From: Escherichia coli
GTDB taxonomy: Bacteria; Pseudomonadota; Gammaproteobacteria; Enterobacterales; Enterobacteriaceae
Length of the DNA: 64,000 bases
Assembly (NCBI RefSeq): GCF_003334355.1
Contig: NZ_QOWP01000019.1
Reading direction: 5' to 3' (one strand)
The notes below the pieces were generated by a model. That model saw nothing but the letters and a program-made list of their open reading frames with translations, did no database searches and was not told the origin of the DNA. Both the position numbers and the translations under genes were made by a program. This document shows, in pieces, positions 37,559-51,718 of the stretch; positions within the stretch are counted from its first letter, which is position 1, and every line of letters starts with the position of its first letter.

Positions 37559-37882
37559 CTACTGACGATTCGGGCAATGCAGGCGGGTCATCTCGCCTTC
37601 TCTGCCCCCGGGTGAAACTAGCGTAACGCTGATGCTGACACATCCCGCCTGCGATGTCTGCATTCGGTTGACCTGCCAGTTGGCAGGTGGCGAAATCGCG
37701 CGCAGTTGCGTTTGCTGCCAACCATGCCGCCAGAGCTGTTGGTACTGGTTTCTGCTGGCGAGACTGTTCATTAATGTTCGCTGGATACCCGATAACGCAG
37801 TGACAATCATCACCATCAGCACCATCGCAACCATTACCTCCGGCAGGCTAAAGCCTTGTTGATTCTTCAGGGAAGCTGACAT
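37559..37882 (-). CDS. ppdC: Prepilin peptidase-dependent protein C (minor pseudopilin-like)
   Basis: 107-aa product from the ATG at 37882 ([19 protein letters not shown], prepilin-type N-terminus). Confidence 0.85.
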   Translation of the reverse strand: MSASLKNQQGFSLPEVMVAMVLMVMIVTALSGIQRTLMNSLASRNQYQQLWRHGWQQTQLRAISPPANWQVNRMQTSQAGCVSISVTLVSPGGREGEMTRLHCPNRQ

Positions 37883-38274
37883 AATGCCCCCTCTTTCAGC
37901 GGACAAAAATCGCTCCAGCCGCGTGGCGAAAAAACAATTTTTCCATCAATGACTTCGCCTGTTCGCCACAACGAAACGCCTTCATAACCGGCAATCAATA
38001 AGGCTTCATTATCTGCCAGTAAACGCAAACAAACCTGGGCATCGGTTCCAGCGTACTGCGAGCACTGAACTGCTGGCTGCGTCTGCCAGGAGTGCATTTT
38101 TCCCCACGCCAGCGCCGACTGAACGATGGCCTGGCGGCGCAATGACTGACTTTCCATGCTCACGCGAGAGGCAAAACTGCGATCCTGCTGACTCATTCCT
38201 TGCAATAGCAAGCTACCCAAAACCAGCAGCATCAGGACCAGAGCCAGTGACGAAACACCTTTTTCGCGGTTCAC
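37867..38274 (-). CDS. ygdB: DUF2509 protein YgdB
   Basis: 135-aa ORF with an N-terminal hydrophobic segment, embedded in the ppd operon. Confidence 0.85.
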   Translation of the reverse strand: MNREKGVSSLALVLMLLVLGSLLLQGMSQQDRSFASRVSMESQSLRRQAIVQSALAWGKMHSWQTQPAVQCSQYAGTDAQVCLRLLADNEALLIAGYEGVSLWRTGEVIDGKIVFSPRGWSDFCPLKEGALCQLP

Positions 38275-38834
38275 AGGTTGAATCCTGTCACGCTATAGCT
38301 GGCATCCACCACGGTTTGCGGTTCAGACTTACTGGCAGCACGCATATTAACCGTCAACACCGGCGAGAAGCCGCTGACATCCTGACGTACGACCTGAAAA
38401 GTGTCGATAATGATGGCATCCGGATTAGTGACTTTATCCCAGCCCTTACCTTCACAGGATGTCGCACCGCGTAGCGTTTCCAGCACATGCTCCTTCAGAC
38501 GAAATCCAATCTGGTCGGACTCTTTTACCGGTTCGCGATCCCAGATACCGTTACTGTTCGCATCCCACTGCACAATGATACAGTCACCCTGTCCGACAAT
38601 TTCCAGCCCTTCGCCGGTACAGCTGCCATGACAATAACCCGCCCTCTGGAGATGCTTCGCGACGGTAAATACCCGCAGCCAGATTTCATCTTCCAGCGCC
38701 AGCTTACGGGTGCCCGTTAAACTTTCACGCTGTAACGCAGGCAGAAAGCGTGCCGCTCCCAGCAACAATACGCTACTGATCGCCATAGCAATCAACACTT
38801 CCAGCAGAGAAAAACCTTGCTCTTTTACAGGCAT
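38271..38834 (-). CDS. ppdB: Prepilin peptidase-dependent protein B
   Basis: 187-aa product from the ATG at 38834 ([19 protein letters not shown]); the 267-aa ORF-track call is an extension. Confidence 0.88.
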   Translation of the reverse strand: MPVKEQGFSLLEVLIAMAISSVLLLGAARFLPALQRESLTGTRKLALEDEIWLRVFTVAKHLQRAGYCHGSCTGEGLEIVGQGDCIIVQWDANSNGIWDREPVKESDQIGFRLKEHVLETLRGATSCEGKGWDKVTNPDAIIIDTFQVVRQDVSGFSPVLTVNMRAASKSEPQTVVDASYSVTGFNL

Positions 38835-39295
38835 CCTTCTGTTTCTCCTTGCTGACAAAGCCGGAGTCTTCCCCACGGCGAAACCACCAGCCACCACTCG
38901 CCCGTTGAGTTTTTGAAGCGAATATGCCCGGCCCATGCGGTATTGCGCAGGCCAAAGAAAGCAAGCGAAGGTGTCAGGTCGCTCATTTCGACTTCGGGCC
39001 AGCGTGGCACAAAGACCAATGGTGAACTGCCATGACAGGTATTCGCCCCAGCAACGGAACTCACAAGGCACCATAACGTCCCCTCTCTGATAACACTGAT
39101 ACTGTGGTCGCGGTTATGCCAGTTGGCATCTTCACGTAAATAGAGCAAATAGTCCCGCGCCTGGCTGGCGGTTTGCCAAAGCCGTTGCGACTGCTGCCAG
39201 TATTGCCAGCCATAGAGTCCACTTGCGCTTAGCATGACCAGAATCAGCATCGCGACCAGCGTTTCAATCAGCGTATAACCACGTTGTGTTTTCAT
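38825..39295 (-). CDS. ppdA: Prepilin peptidase-dependent protein A
   Basis: 156-aa ORF with prepilin N-terminus [16 protein letters not shown]. Confidence 0.9.
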   Translation of the reverse strand: MKTQRGYTLIETLVAMLILVMLSASGLYGWQYWQQSQRLWQTASQARDYLLYLREDANWHNRDHSISVIREGTLWCLVSSVAGANTCHGSSPLVFVPRWPEVEMSDLTPSLAFFGLRNTAWAGHIRFKNSTGEWWLVVSPWGRLRLCQQGETEGCL

Positions 39296-39430
39296 GCCGG
39301 CAGTATGGAGCGAGGAGAAAAAAAGACGAGGGCCAGTTTCTATTTCTTCGGCGCATCTTCCGGACTATTTACGCCGTTGCAGGACGTTGCAAAATTTCGG
39401 GAAGGCGTCTCGAAGAATTTAATGGAGGGT

Positions 39431-39459
39431 AAAAAAAACCGACGCACACTAGCGTCGGC
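39431..39459 (-). terminator. Rho-independent terminator downstream of thyA
   Basis: On the minus strand ccgacgc...gcgtcgg hairpin followed by tttttttt. Confidence 0.8.
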
Positions 39460-39479
39460 TCTGGCAGGATGTTTCGTAA

Positions 39480-40274
39480 TTAGATAGCCACCGGCGCTTT
39501 AATGCCCGGATGCGGATCGTAGCCTTCAATCTCAAAATCTTCGAAACGGTAGTCGAAGATGGATTCGGGTTTACGTTTGATAATCAACTTCGGCAGCGGA
39601 CGCGGTTCGCGGCTTAATTGCAGATGAGTTTGATCCATATGATTGCTGTACAGGTGCGTGTCGCCCCCCGTCCAGACAAAATCGCCCACTTCCAGATCAC
39701 ACTGCTGCGCCATCATATGCACCAGTAACGCGTAGCTGGCAATGTTAAACGGCAGGCCGAGGAAAACGTCACAGGAGCGCTGATAAAGCTGGCAAGAGAG
39801 TTTGCCGTCTGCCACATAGAACTGGAAGAACGCATGGCACGGTGCCAGCGCCATTTTATCCAGTTCGCCTACGTTCCACGCTGAAACAATAATGCGGCGC
39901 GAATCCGGGTCGTTTTTCAGCTGGTTCAGTACCGTAGTGATCTGGTCAATATGACGACCATCCGGCGTTGGCCAGGTGCGCCACTGTTTACCATACACTG
40001 GCCCGAGGTCGCCGTTTTCATCGGCCCATTCGTCCCAGATGGTGACATTGTTTTCGTGTAGATAAGCAATGTTAGTGTCGCCCTGCAGAAACCACAGCAG
40101 TTCATGGATGATGGAACGCAGGTGGCAACGTTTAGTTGTCACCAGCGGGAATCCATCCTGCAGGTTAAAACGCATCTGATGACCAAAAATGGAAAGCGTT
40201 CCGGTTCCGGTACGGTCGTTTTTCTGTGTGCCTTCGTCGAGCACTTTTTGCATCAGTTCTAAATACTGTTTCAT
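39480..40274 (-). CDS. thyA: Thymidylate synthase
   Basis: 264-aa ORF recognised as ThyA. Confidence 0.97.
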   Translation of the reverse strand: MKQYLELMQKVLDEGTQKNDRTGTGTLSIFGHQMRFNLQDGFPLVTTKRCHLRSIIHELLWFLQGDTNIAYLHENNVTIWDEWADENGDLGPVYGKQWRTWPTPDGRHIDQITTVLNQLKNDPDSRRIIVSAWNVGELDKMALAPCHAFFQFYVADGKLSCQLYQRSCDVFLGLPFNIASYALLVHMMAQQCDLEVGDFVWTGGDTHLYSNHMDQTHLQLSREPRPLPKLIIKRKPESIFDYRFEDFEIEGYDPHPGIKAPVAI

Positions 40275-40280
40275 GGTTCC

Positions 40281-41156
40281 TCAGGAAACGTGTTGCTGTG
40301 GGCTGCGACGATATGCCCAGACCATCATGATCACACCCGCGACAATCATCGGGATGGAAAGAATTTGTCCCATGCTGATGTACTGCACCCAGGCACCAGT
40401 AAACTGCGCGTCGGGCTGGCGGAAAAACTCAACAATGATGCGAAACGCGCCGTAACCAATCAGGAACAAACCTGAGACAGCTCCCATTGGGCGCGGTTTA
40501 CGAATATACAGGTTGAGGATAATAAACAGCACTACACCTTCCAGCAACAGCTCGTAAAGCTGTGATGGGTGGCGCGGCAGCACACCGTAAGTATCGAAAA
40601 TGGATTGCCACTGCGGGTTGGTTTGCAGCAGCAAAATATCTTCTGTACGGGAGCCAGGGAACAGCATGGCAAACGGGAAGTTCGGGTCAACGCGGCCCCA
40701 CAATTCACCGTTAATAAAGTTGCCCAGACGCCCGGCACCAAGACCAAACGGAATGAGTGGTGCGATAAAATCAGAGACCTGGAAGAAGGAACGTTTAGTA
40801 CGGCGGGCGAAGATAATCATCACCACGATAACGCCAATCAGGCCGCCGTGGAAAGACATGCCGCCGTCCCAGACACGGAACAGATACAGCGGATCGGCCA
40901 TAAACTGCGGGAAATTGTAGAACAGAACATAACCAATACGTCCCCCGAGGAAGACGCCGAGGAAGCCCGCATAGAGTAAGTTTTCAACTTCATTTTTGGT
41001 CCAGCCGCTGCCCGGACGATTCGCCCGTCGTGTTGCCAGCCACATTGCAAAAATGAAACCCACCAGATACATCAGGCCGTACCAGTGAAGCGCCACGGGT
41101 CCTATTGAGAAAATGACCGGATCAAACTCCGGAAAATGCAGATAGCTACTGGTCAT
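40281..41156 (-). CDS. lgt: Prolipoprotein diacylglyceryl transferase
   Basis: 291-aa polytopic membrane ORF recognised as Lgt. Confidence 0.96.
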
Positions 41157-41306
41157 CTGTCACCACAAGTTCTTGTTATTTCGCTGAAAGAGAACAGCGA
41201 TTGAAATGCGCGCCGCAGGTTTCAGGCGCTCCAAAGGTGCGAATAATAGCACAAGGGGACCTGGCTGGTTGCCGGATACCGTTAAAAGATATGTATATGA
41301 TCCGCG

Positions 41307-43553
41307 CTATAACCCTCCGCGAATCAGCCCGCCCATGCCGCGACGCTCCATAAAGGCTGCAACCTGATGGCGAACTTCGGTCGCCAGTTGCGCTTCCAGA
41401 CTACGCTGCGCAAGATTTTCTGCTTCGGCATAATCAATGCGCCGCAGCAGGTATTTTACCCGCGCTACAGAACGTCCGTTCATAGACAGATGGCGATACC
41501 CAAGCCCAATGAGGATTGCCACGCACATGGGATCGCCCGCCATTTCACCGCACAAACGGAGATCGATTCCATGTATTTCCGCTTCCCGGGCGATCATCGC
41601 CAGAGCTCGTAACATTGCAGGATGAAGACTGTCATAAATGTTCGCCACCCGGGTATTGTTGCGATCAACGGCCAGAATGTATTGAGTCAGATCGTTGGTG
41701 CCAACAGAGATGAAATCGACCCGCTTTGCCAGATGCGGCAGCATAAATACCATTGACGGCACTTCCAGCATGATGCCGATACGTGGTTTGGGAATTTCGT
41801 AACCGATCATCTCCTCGACTTCACGTCCGGCACGTTCAATCAGGCGGCGTGCTTCGTCAACTTCATCGAGACTGGTGACCATCGGCAACAGAATATTCAG
41901 GTTGCCCGTAGCGGCATTAGCACGCAGCATCGCCCGCACCTGGATCAAGAAGATCTCCGGCTGATCGAGCGTAATGCGAATCCCACGCCAACCCAGGCAT
42001 GGATTCTCTTCGCTGATCGGCATGTAAGGCAGCTGCTTATCTGCTCCGACATCCAGCGTACGCAAGGTGACGGGTTTATCATTGAACATTTGCAGCATCC
42101 CCTGATACTGCGCCACCTGTTCTTCTTCCGACGGGAAACCACTTTGCAGCATGAATGGGATTTCAGTGCGATAAAGACCGATGCCATCAATACGGCTGCC
42201 CAGTTTTTCTTCATGTTCCGGGCTTAAACCAGCATTGAGCATGACTTTTATACGCTCACCGCTTTTTAACTGCGCGGGTAAATTGACGTCATCTTCCGCC
42301 AGACGGCTAAGCTCAATCTCTTCACTAATTAGCCGCTGATATTCTTGCAGCAGTACCGGCTCCGGATCGACCAGCAATTCACCGCGATAGCCATCAACGA
42401 TCAGCGTCCTACGATGCAGCACCGAAGGCTGAATATCCGCGCCCATCACGGTAGGGATCCCCAGCGCACGTACCATGATCGCAGCATGGGAGTTGGCTGC
42501 GCCATCTCGCACGACAACACCGACTAAGCGATCCTGGGGCAGCTCAGCAAGAGTTGTCGCTGACAGTTCATCTGCCACCAGAATGAAACGTTCCGGCCAG
42601 GCGTTCGGCCCTTGATTAGCGTCATCAAGATGAAACAGCAATCGCTGACCCAGCGCACGTAAATCGCCAGCCCGCTCTTTGAGATAGTTATCGCTTAGCG
42701 CGGCAAACTGTTCGGCAAATTTTTCAATGACCGTTTTTACCGCCCACTCTGCCACCGAGCCTTTATCAACCTCGGCAAACAATTCGCGACGCAGCCGGGT
42801 GTCCGAAAGCAGGTGCGAGTAAAGATCGAAAATAGCCGCCGTTTCTTTTTGTGCACCGGCGGCAAAGCGTTTGCTGTAGCGGCGAAACTCGTTTGCCGCT
42901 TCTTCCAGCGCCCCGGTCAGTCGTTCGCGTTCCAGAGCCGGATCCAGCGTTGATGCCTGATACACCTGTTCCATTAAAGGTAACGTGGCATCCTGCCAGC
43001 CTTCGGCAATCGCCACACCAGGTGCTGCCGGTAATGCGCGGATTCGCGTCTGGCGATATTGCCCAAACAAGGCAGTCAACTGCGACTGAGAAAGAATAGC
43101 TGCCATCTGGGTGGCAAGCGTCACCAGGAAGGATTCTTCACTTTCGTCATACTGGCGCAACTCTCGTTGCTGTACCACCAGTACACCAAGCAACTGGCGA
43201 CGTTGAATAATTGGTACGCCTAAAAACGCGCGGAAACGTTCTTCTTTTACGGAGGGGATGTATTTGAAGCTGGGGTGCTTTTGCGCATCTGCAAGGTTTA
43301 TCGGTTCCGCCAGCCTGCCAACCAGGCCGACGATCCCTTCATCAAACGCGAGCGTTACAGTGCGACCGCGTGGTTTTTTCAGCCCCCGGGTCGCCATCAG
43401 GTAGTAACAACGTCGATCATGATCGGCCAGGTAGACCGAACAGACCTCGGTATCCATCGCAAGACAGATGTCGGTAACCAGAATATTTAACGCCTCATTC
43501 AGGCGTGGTGCGCTGGCTACCTTTTCGACTATTTCGCGCAGGCGAGTGAGCAT
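41307..43553 (-). CDS. ptsP: Nitrogen-PTS enzyme I (GAF + PEP-utilising domains)
   Basis: 748-aa ORF recognised as PtsP. Confidence 0.95.
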   Translation of the reverse strand: MLTRLREIVEKVASAPRLNEALNILVTDICLAMDTEVCSVYLADHDRRCYYLMATRGLKKPRGRTVTLAFDEGIVGLVGRLAEPINLADAQKHPSFKYIPSVKEERFRAFLGVPIIQRRQLLGVLVVQQRELRQYDESEESFLVTLATQMAAILSQSQLTALFGQYRQTRIRALPAAPGVAIAEGWQDATLPLMEQVYQASTLDPALERERLTGALEEAANEFRRYSKRFAAGAQKETAAIFDLYSHLLSDTRLRRELFAEVDKGSVAEWAVKTVIEKFAEQFAALSDNYLKERAGDLRALGQRLLFHLDDANQGPNAWPERFILVADELSATTLAELPQDRLVGVVVRDGAANSHAAIMVRALGIPTVMGADIQPSVLHRRTLIVDGYRGELLVDPEPVLLQEYQRLISEEIELSRLAEDDVNLPAQLKSGERIKVMLNAGLSPEHEEKLGSRIDGIGLYRTEIPFMLQSGFPSEEEQVAQYQGMLQMFNDKPVTLRTLDVGADKQLPYMPISEENPCLGWRGIRITLDQPEIFLIQVRAMLRANAATGNLNILLPMVTSLDEVDEARRLIERAGREVEEMIGYEIPKPRIGIMLEVPSMVFMLPHLAKRVDFISVGTNDLTQYILAVDRNNTRVANIYDSLHPAMLRALAMIAREAEIHGIDLRLCGEMAGDPMCVAILIGLGYRHLSMNGRSVARVKYLLRRIDYAEAENLAQRSLEAQLATEVRHQVAAFMERRGMGGLIRGGL

Positions 43554-43565
43554 AATTGGCGTGAC

Positions 43566-44096
43566 TTAACCTCTTTTACGTCGATAAGCAGATGCGTTTT
43601 GTGGTTTTGGCGTATTTTCCTGCAGTGACATCACCACACTCGCGAACTCTTTCATTACCCTACGGTAGACATCACGTTTAAATGACACCACCTGTCTGAC
43701 CGGATACCAGTAACTTACCCATCGCCAGCCGTCAAACTCTGGTGTACTGCTGGTTTGCATATTGATTTCTGCATCGCCGCTCACCAGCTGCAAGAGAAAC
43801 CATTTTTGTTTTTGGCCGATACAAACCGGCTTCGTGTCCCAACGCACCAAACGTTTCGGTAATTTGTAGCGCAACCAGTTACGCGTTGAAGCAAGGATTC
43901 GAACGTCTTTGCGGCTTAATCCTACTTCTTCAAACAATTCACGGTACATCGCCTGCTCTGCGGATTCTCCGGGGTTGATTCCGCCTTGCGGAAATTGCCA
44001 GGAGTGCTGACCAAATCGCCGGGCCCACATTACCTGCCCCTGGCGATTACAAATCACGATACCTACGTTTGGGCGGTAGCCATCGTCATCAATCAC
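43566..44096 (-). CDS. rppH: RNA pyrophosphohydrolase RppH (NudH)
   Basis: 176-aa ORF with a Nudix box ([22 protein letters not shown]). Confidence 0.95.
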
Positions 44097-44240
44097 CGGA
44101 CTACCTCAAAATAAAGCTTTATATACGAATGATTGTTTCATACTCCAGGAAGACGGTAAACCACTCTCTGCAGGGCATTACACACTAATAACAATTGAAT
44201 AACTCACAGTTATGTGCAGAGTTATAAACAGAGGAAGGGG

Positions 44241-44720
44241 TGGATAGCCGTTTTTATTCACCTTTTCTGTGGATAGAGTTGTGAAGAACTACGGAATTAC
44301 TACGGGAAAACCCGGAGCATTCTGAATAAGCCCGATATAGACATTTTAAAATATTCATTATTAGTCAATGCATTACATGTAATTTGAGTAATGAAAAAGA
44401 GTAATTCGTGACCCAGGTCACACCTCTCATTTACGGGTTGGCGAAAGATCAACCAATGCCGTATTTATCCACAGAATGTGCCACTAAGTTAAGCACTGAA
44501 CCACTAAAAACTGGAGTTTCGTCGCACGTCAAGGCTGTAAATGGAAACAGTAGTGGAGGTTTTTCACAGTTATCCCAGCTTTCTGTGGATAACATGGTGT
44601 AAGATCCTGTTTATTTTCAGTGACCAGATTTGGAAAACCCGTTGCAGTGTTGCGCAACTCGATTACCGGCAACCTAAAAAGCAATATAAATCAGAGAATT
44701 GAACAACGCATGTGGAAAAA
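44241..44720. promoter_or_regulatory. DnaA-box cluster consistent with DARS2 (DnaA-reactivating sequence 2)
   Basis: Perfect TTATCCACA boxes at 44465-44473 (+) and 44584-44592 (-), 8/9 matches at 44268-44276 and 44711-44719; DARS2 is known to lie in the rppH(ygdP)-mutH intergenic region. Confidence 0.6.
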
Positions 44721-44780
44721 GTTACACTGCGAATATTCGGCACATAATTGCTGTTTGTTTTTTAACCAAGGTATCATGAC

Positions 44781-45470
44781 ATGTCCCAACCTCGCCCACT
44801 GCTCTCTCCTCCCGAAACTGAAGAACAGTTGTTAGCGCAAGCACAGCAACTTTCTGGTTATACATTGGGAGAACTGGCGGCACTTGCCGGGCTGGTTACG
44901 CCAGAGAATTTAAAACGCGATAAGGGCTGGATTGGCGTGTTACTGGAGATCTGGCTAGGTGCCAGCGCAGGGAGTAAACCTGAGCAAGATTTTGCTGCTC
45001 TGGGCGTGGAACTTAAAACTATCCCTGTGGATAGTCTTGGTCGTCCGCTGGAAACAACATTCGTTTGTGTTGCCCCGTTAACGGGCAATAGCGGGGTGAC
45101 CTGGGAAACCAGCCACGTGCGCCACAAACTCAAACGCGTACTGTGGATACCGGTTGAAGGCGAGCGCAGCATCCCGCTGGCGCAGCGTCGCGTTGGATCA
45201 CCGTTGCTGTGGAGCCCGAATGAAGAGGAAGACCGGCAGCTACGCGAAGACTGGGAAGAATTAATGGATATGATTGTTCTCGGTCAGGTTGAGCGGATTA
45301 CCGCTCGTCACGGGGAGTATTTACAGATACGACCGAAAGCAGCGAATGCGAAAGCGCTTACCGAAGCCATTGGTGCCCGGGGCGAACGGATTCTGACGCT
45401 GCCGCGCGGCTTTTATTTGAAGAAAAATTTCACCAGTGCGCTGCTGGCCCGTCATTTTCTGATCCAGTAG
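44781..45470 (+). CDS. mutH: Methyl-directed mismatch repair endonuclease MutH
   Basis: 229-aa ORF recognised as MutH. Confidence 0.96.
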
Positions 45471-45538
45471 CCATCGCTTTGACCTGCCGCTTTCCGGGCA
45501 TATAATTACCGCTTCATTTTTTTGGCAGGGCTTTTTAG

Positions 45539-46252
45539 ATGTTATTTGCATGGATAACCGATCCTAACGCCTGGCTTGCGCTCGGTACGCTGACGCTGCT
45601 GGAGATCGTTCTTGGGATCGACAATATTATTTTCCTTTCTCTGGTGGTGGCAAAGCTTCCCACAGCACAACGTGCTCATGCGCGCCGTCTGGGGTTGGCG
45701 GGAGCCATGGTTATGCGTCTGGCGCTGCTGGCATCAATCGCCTGGGTTACGCGCCTGACAAATCCGCTTTTTACAATATTCAGTCAGGAAATTTCTGCCC
45801 GTGACTTGATTCTGCTTCTGGGTGGCTTGTTCCTTATCTGGAAAGCCAGCAAGGAAATCCACGAATCCATTGAAGGTGAAGAAGAAGGGCTGAAAACACG
45901 CGTTTCATCATTCCTCGGCGCTATCGTGCAGATTATGCTGCTGGATATTATCTTCAGCCTCGACTCGGTGATTACCGCTGTGGGTCTGTCAGATCACCTG
46001 TTTATTATGATGGCAGCCGTGGTGATTGCCGTAGGCGTGATGATGTTCGCCGCGCGCTCGATTGGTGATTTTGTCGAACGCCATCCTTCGGTAAAAATGC
46101 TGGCGCTCTCTTTCCTGATTCTGGTGGGCTTTACCCTGATTCTGGAAAGTTTCGACATCCACGTACCGAAAGGTTACATCTACTTCGCGATGTTCTTCTC
46201 TATTGCGGTTGAAAGCCTCAACCTGATTCGCAACAAAAAGAACCCGCTCTGA
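45539..46252 (+). CDS. ygdQ: TerC-family inner-membrane protein YgdQ
   Basis: 237-aa polytopic membrane ORF recognised as YgdQ. Confidence 0.88.
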
Positions 46253-46389
46253 TACTCCGTACGCTCTCCTGCGGGAGGGCGTACTCACTCCTGTTACCCT
46301 CACAGTTTAAGATTTTCCTGCTTTCAAGATATATAACGTCAGTTTATAAACAGACTATTATCATAGGTGGGCCAAATGAGGATAACCGG

Positions 46390-46608
46390 ATGAAAAAATG
46401 GGCAGTAATAATTTCTGCAGTCGGACTGGCGTTTGCTGTTTCCGGGTGTTCCAGTGATTACGTCATGGCGACCAAAGATGGCCGTATGATTTTGACCGAT
46501 GGAAAACCTGAAATTGATGATGATACCGGGCTGGTGAGTTATCACGATCAGCAAGGTAACGCGATGCAAATTAACCGTGATGATGTTTCGCAAATTATTG
46601 AACGTTAA
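46390..46608 (+). CDS. ygdR: DUF903 small lipoprotein YgdR
   Basis: 72-aa ORF with signal peptide and lipobox (VSGC); clear paralog of YgdI at 18256-18483. Confidence 0.88.
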
Positions 46609-46715
46609 CAAATAAGGTCAGCATCCGGCTGGCCTTAAGATTTTTCTCTTTCCCTTTTCCCTTCCCTCTGCCATTTTTATATTCCTTATGTCGTGATTAT
46701 AAAAAGGAAACGGCT

Positions 46716-47756
46716 ATGCAATATCACCGTATACCCCACAGTTCGCTGGAAGTCAGCACGCTGGGGCTTGGCACGATGACGTTTGGTGAACAGAACAGCG
46801 AAGCCGACGCCCACGCACAACTCGACTATGCCGTCGCTCAGGGCATTAACCTTATCGACGTTGCCGAAATGTACCCAGTACCTCCGCGCCCCGAAACGCA
46901 AGGGTTAACCGAAACCTACGTCGGCAACTGGCTGGCGAAACATGGCAGCCGCGAAAAGTTAATTATCGCCTCCAAAGTGAGCGGACCGTCGCGCAATAAT
47001 GACAAGGGCATCCGCCCGGATCAGGCGCTGGATCGGAAGAATATCCGCGAAGCGTTGCATGACAGCCTCAAGCGTCTGCAGACTGATTACCTCGATCTTT
47101 ATCAGGTGCACTGGCCGCAGCGCCCAACCAACTGCTTCGGCAAACTCGGTTATAGCTGGACAGATTCTGCGCCTGCGGTTTCGCTGCTGGATACGCTGGA
47201 CGCACTGGCAGAGTACCAACGAGCGGGAAAAATTCGTTATATCGGCGTGTCGAACGAAACTGCATTTGGCGTAATGCGCTACCTGCATCTGGCGGACAAA
47301 CACGATCTGCCGCGCATTGTCACCATTCAGAACCCTTACAGTCTGTTAAACCGCAGTTTTGAAGTAGGTCTGGCAGAAGTCAGCCAGTATGAAGGGATCG
47401 AACTGCTGGCCTATTCGTGCCTGGGTTTCGGCACGCTGACCGGGAAATATCTCAACGGTGCAAAACCCGCTGGCGCACGTAATACGCTCTTTAGTCGGTT
47501 CACCCGCTATAGCGGTGAGCAAACGCAAAAAGCCGTCGCGGCGTATGTTGATATCGCCAGACGTCATGGACTGGATCCTGCTCAGATGGCGCTCGCTTTT
47601 GTACGTCGTCAACCGTTTGTTGCCAGCACTCTGCTGGGCGCAACCACGATGGAGCAGCTGAAAACTAACGTCGAAAGTTTGCATCTGGAGTTGAGCGAAG
47701 ACGTATTAGCTGAAATTGAAGCGGTGCATCAGGTTTATACGTATCCTGCACCATAA
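46716..47756 (+). CDS. tas: NADP(H)-dependent aldo-keto reductase Tas
   Basis: 346-aa ORF recognised as Tas. Confidence 0.94.
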   Translation: MQYHRIPHSSLEVSTLGLGTMTFGEQNSEADAHAQLDYAVAQGINLIDVAEMYPVPPRPETQGLTETYVGNWLAKHGSREKLIIASKVSGPSRNNDKGIRPDQALDRKNIREALHDSLKRLQTDYLDLYQVHWPQRPTNCFGKLGYSWTDSAPAVSLLDTLDALAEYQRAGKIRYIGVSNETAFGVMRYLHLADKHDLPRIVTIQNPYSLLNRSFEVGLAEVSQYEGIELLAYSCLGFGTLTGKYLNGAKPAGARNTLFSRFTRYSGEQTQKAVAAYVDIARRHGLDPAQMALAFVRRQPFVASTLLGATTMEQLKTNVESLHLELSEDVLAEIEAVHQVYTYPAP

Positions 47757-47760
47757 GATT

Positions 47761-47782
47761 AACGCCGGTTAAAACCGGCGTT
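47761..47782. terminator. Palindrome between convergent tas and lplT, probably a bidirectional terminator
   Basis: aacgccggtt-aa-aaccggcgtt perfect inverted repeat. Confidence 0.6.
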
Positions 47783-47787
47783 AAATA

Positions 47788-51154
<3,367 letters not shown>

Positions 51155-51220
51155 TCAGTAAAAGCGAATGGAGGGAGATTACACGAGATAAAGAACGCGA
51201 GCGACAGTAAATTAGGTGCG

Positions 51221-51308
51221 AAAAAAAACCTGCGCATCCGCGCAGGTTGGTGCAAGAGACAGGGTACGAAGAGCGTACCGAATAATCTCACCAATCAATA
51301 CCTCTGGG
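51221..51308 (-). ncRNA. omrA: OmrA small RNA (RygA)
   Basis: Minus-strand sequence cccagaggtattgattggtgag...cctgcgcggatgcgcagg plus U8 matches OmrA from recall. Confidence 0.92.
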
Positions 51309-51422
51309 ATCTTGATTGTGGTCTGCACGACGACTCTTCGCCAGCGAGAAAACGCAAAGGAATGAAGGGAAATGCAACGAGGTGTGTAAATTGTCGGTTA
51401 CTGTTACAGATTGATGACCGGC

Positions 51423-51505
51423 AAAAAAAAACCTGCGCATCTGCGCAGGCTGGTGTAATTCATGTGCTCAACCCGAAGTTGACTTCACCTATCAATACCT
51501 CTGGG
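51423..51505 (-). ncRNA. omrB: OmrB small RNA (RygB)
   Basis: Minus-strand sequence cccagaggtattgataggtgaagtc...cctgcgcagatgcgcagg plus U9; shares 5' and 3' ends with OmrA. Confidence 0.92.
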
Positions 51506-51718
51506 ATCACCACTTTAGCAACCTGAAGCCAAACGCCACCAGCGGTCAATCGCAACAGCGTTTCGCAAAGTGTAACCAAAGGTTTGCAATCTCTTTTTTT
51601 GTCTTACTTATTTGCGTTTGGCTCACATTCCCACGATGAAAACACGCCACCCCTTGAACCAACGGGCGTTTTCCGTAACACTGAAAGAATGTAAGCGTTT
51701 ACCCACTAAGGTATTTTC

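Noticed and set aside
37867-38274. ygdB as a candidate novel gene
   Set aside because: It is a poorly characterised DUF2509 protein, but it is conserved with the ppd operon and already annotated in reference genomes, so it is not new.
44408-44835. 64-aa and 71-aa ORFs in the rppH-mutH spacer
   Set aside because: They overlap the DnaA-box cluster, have no convincing RBS, and the second runs into the mutH start. I cannot confirm from sequence whether a small annotated ORF exists here, so it is left uncalled.
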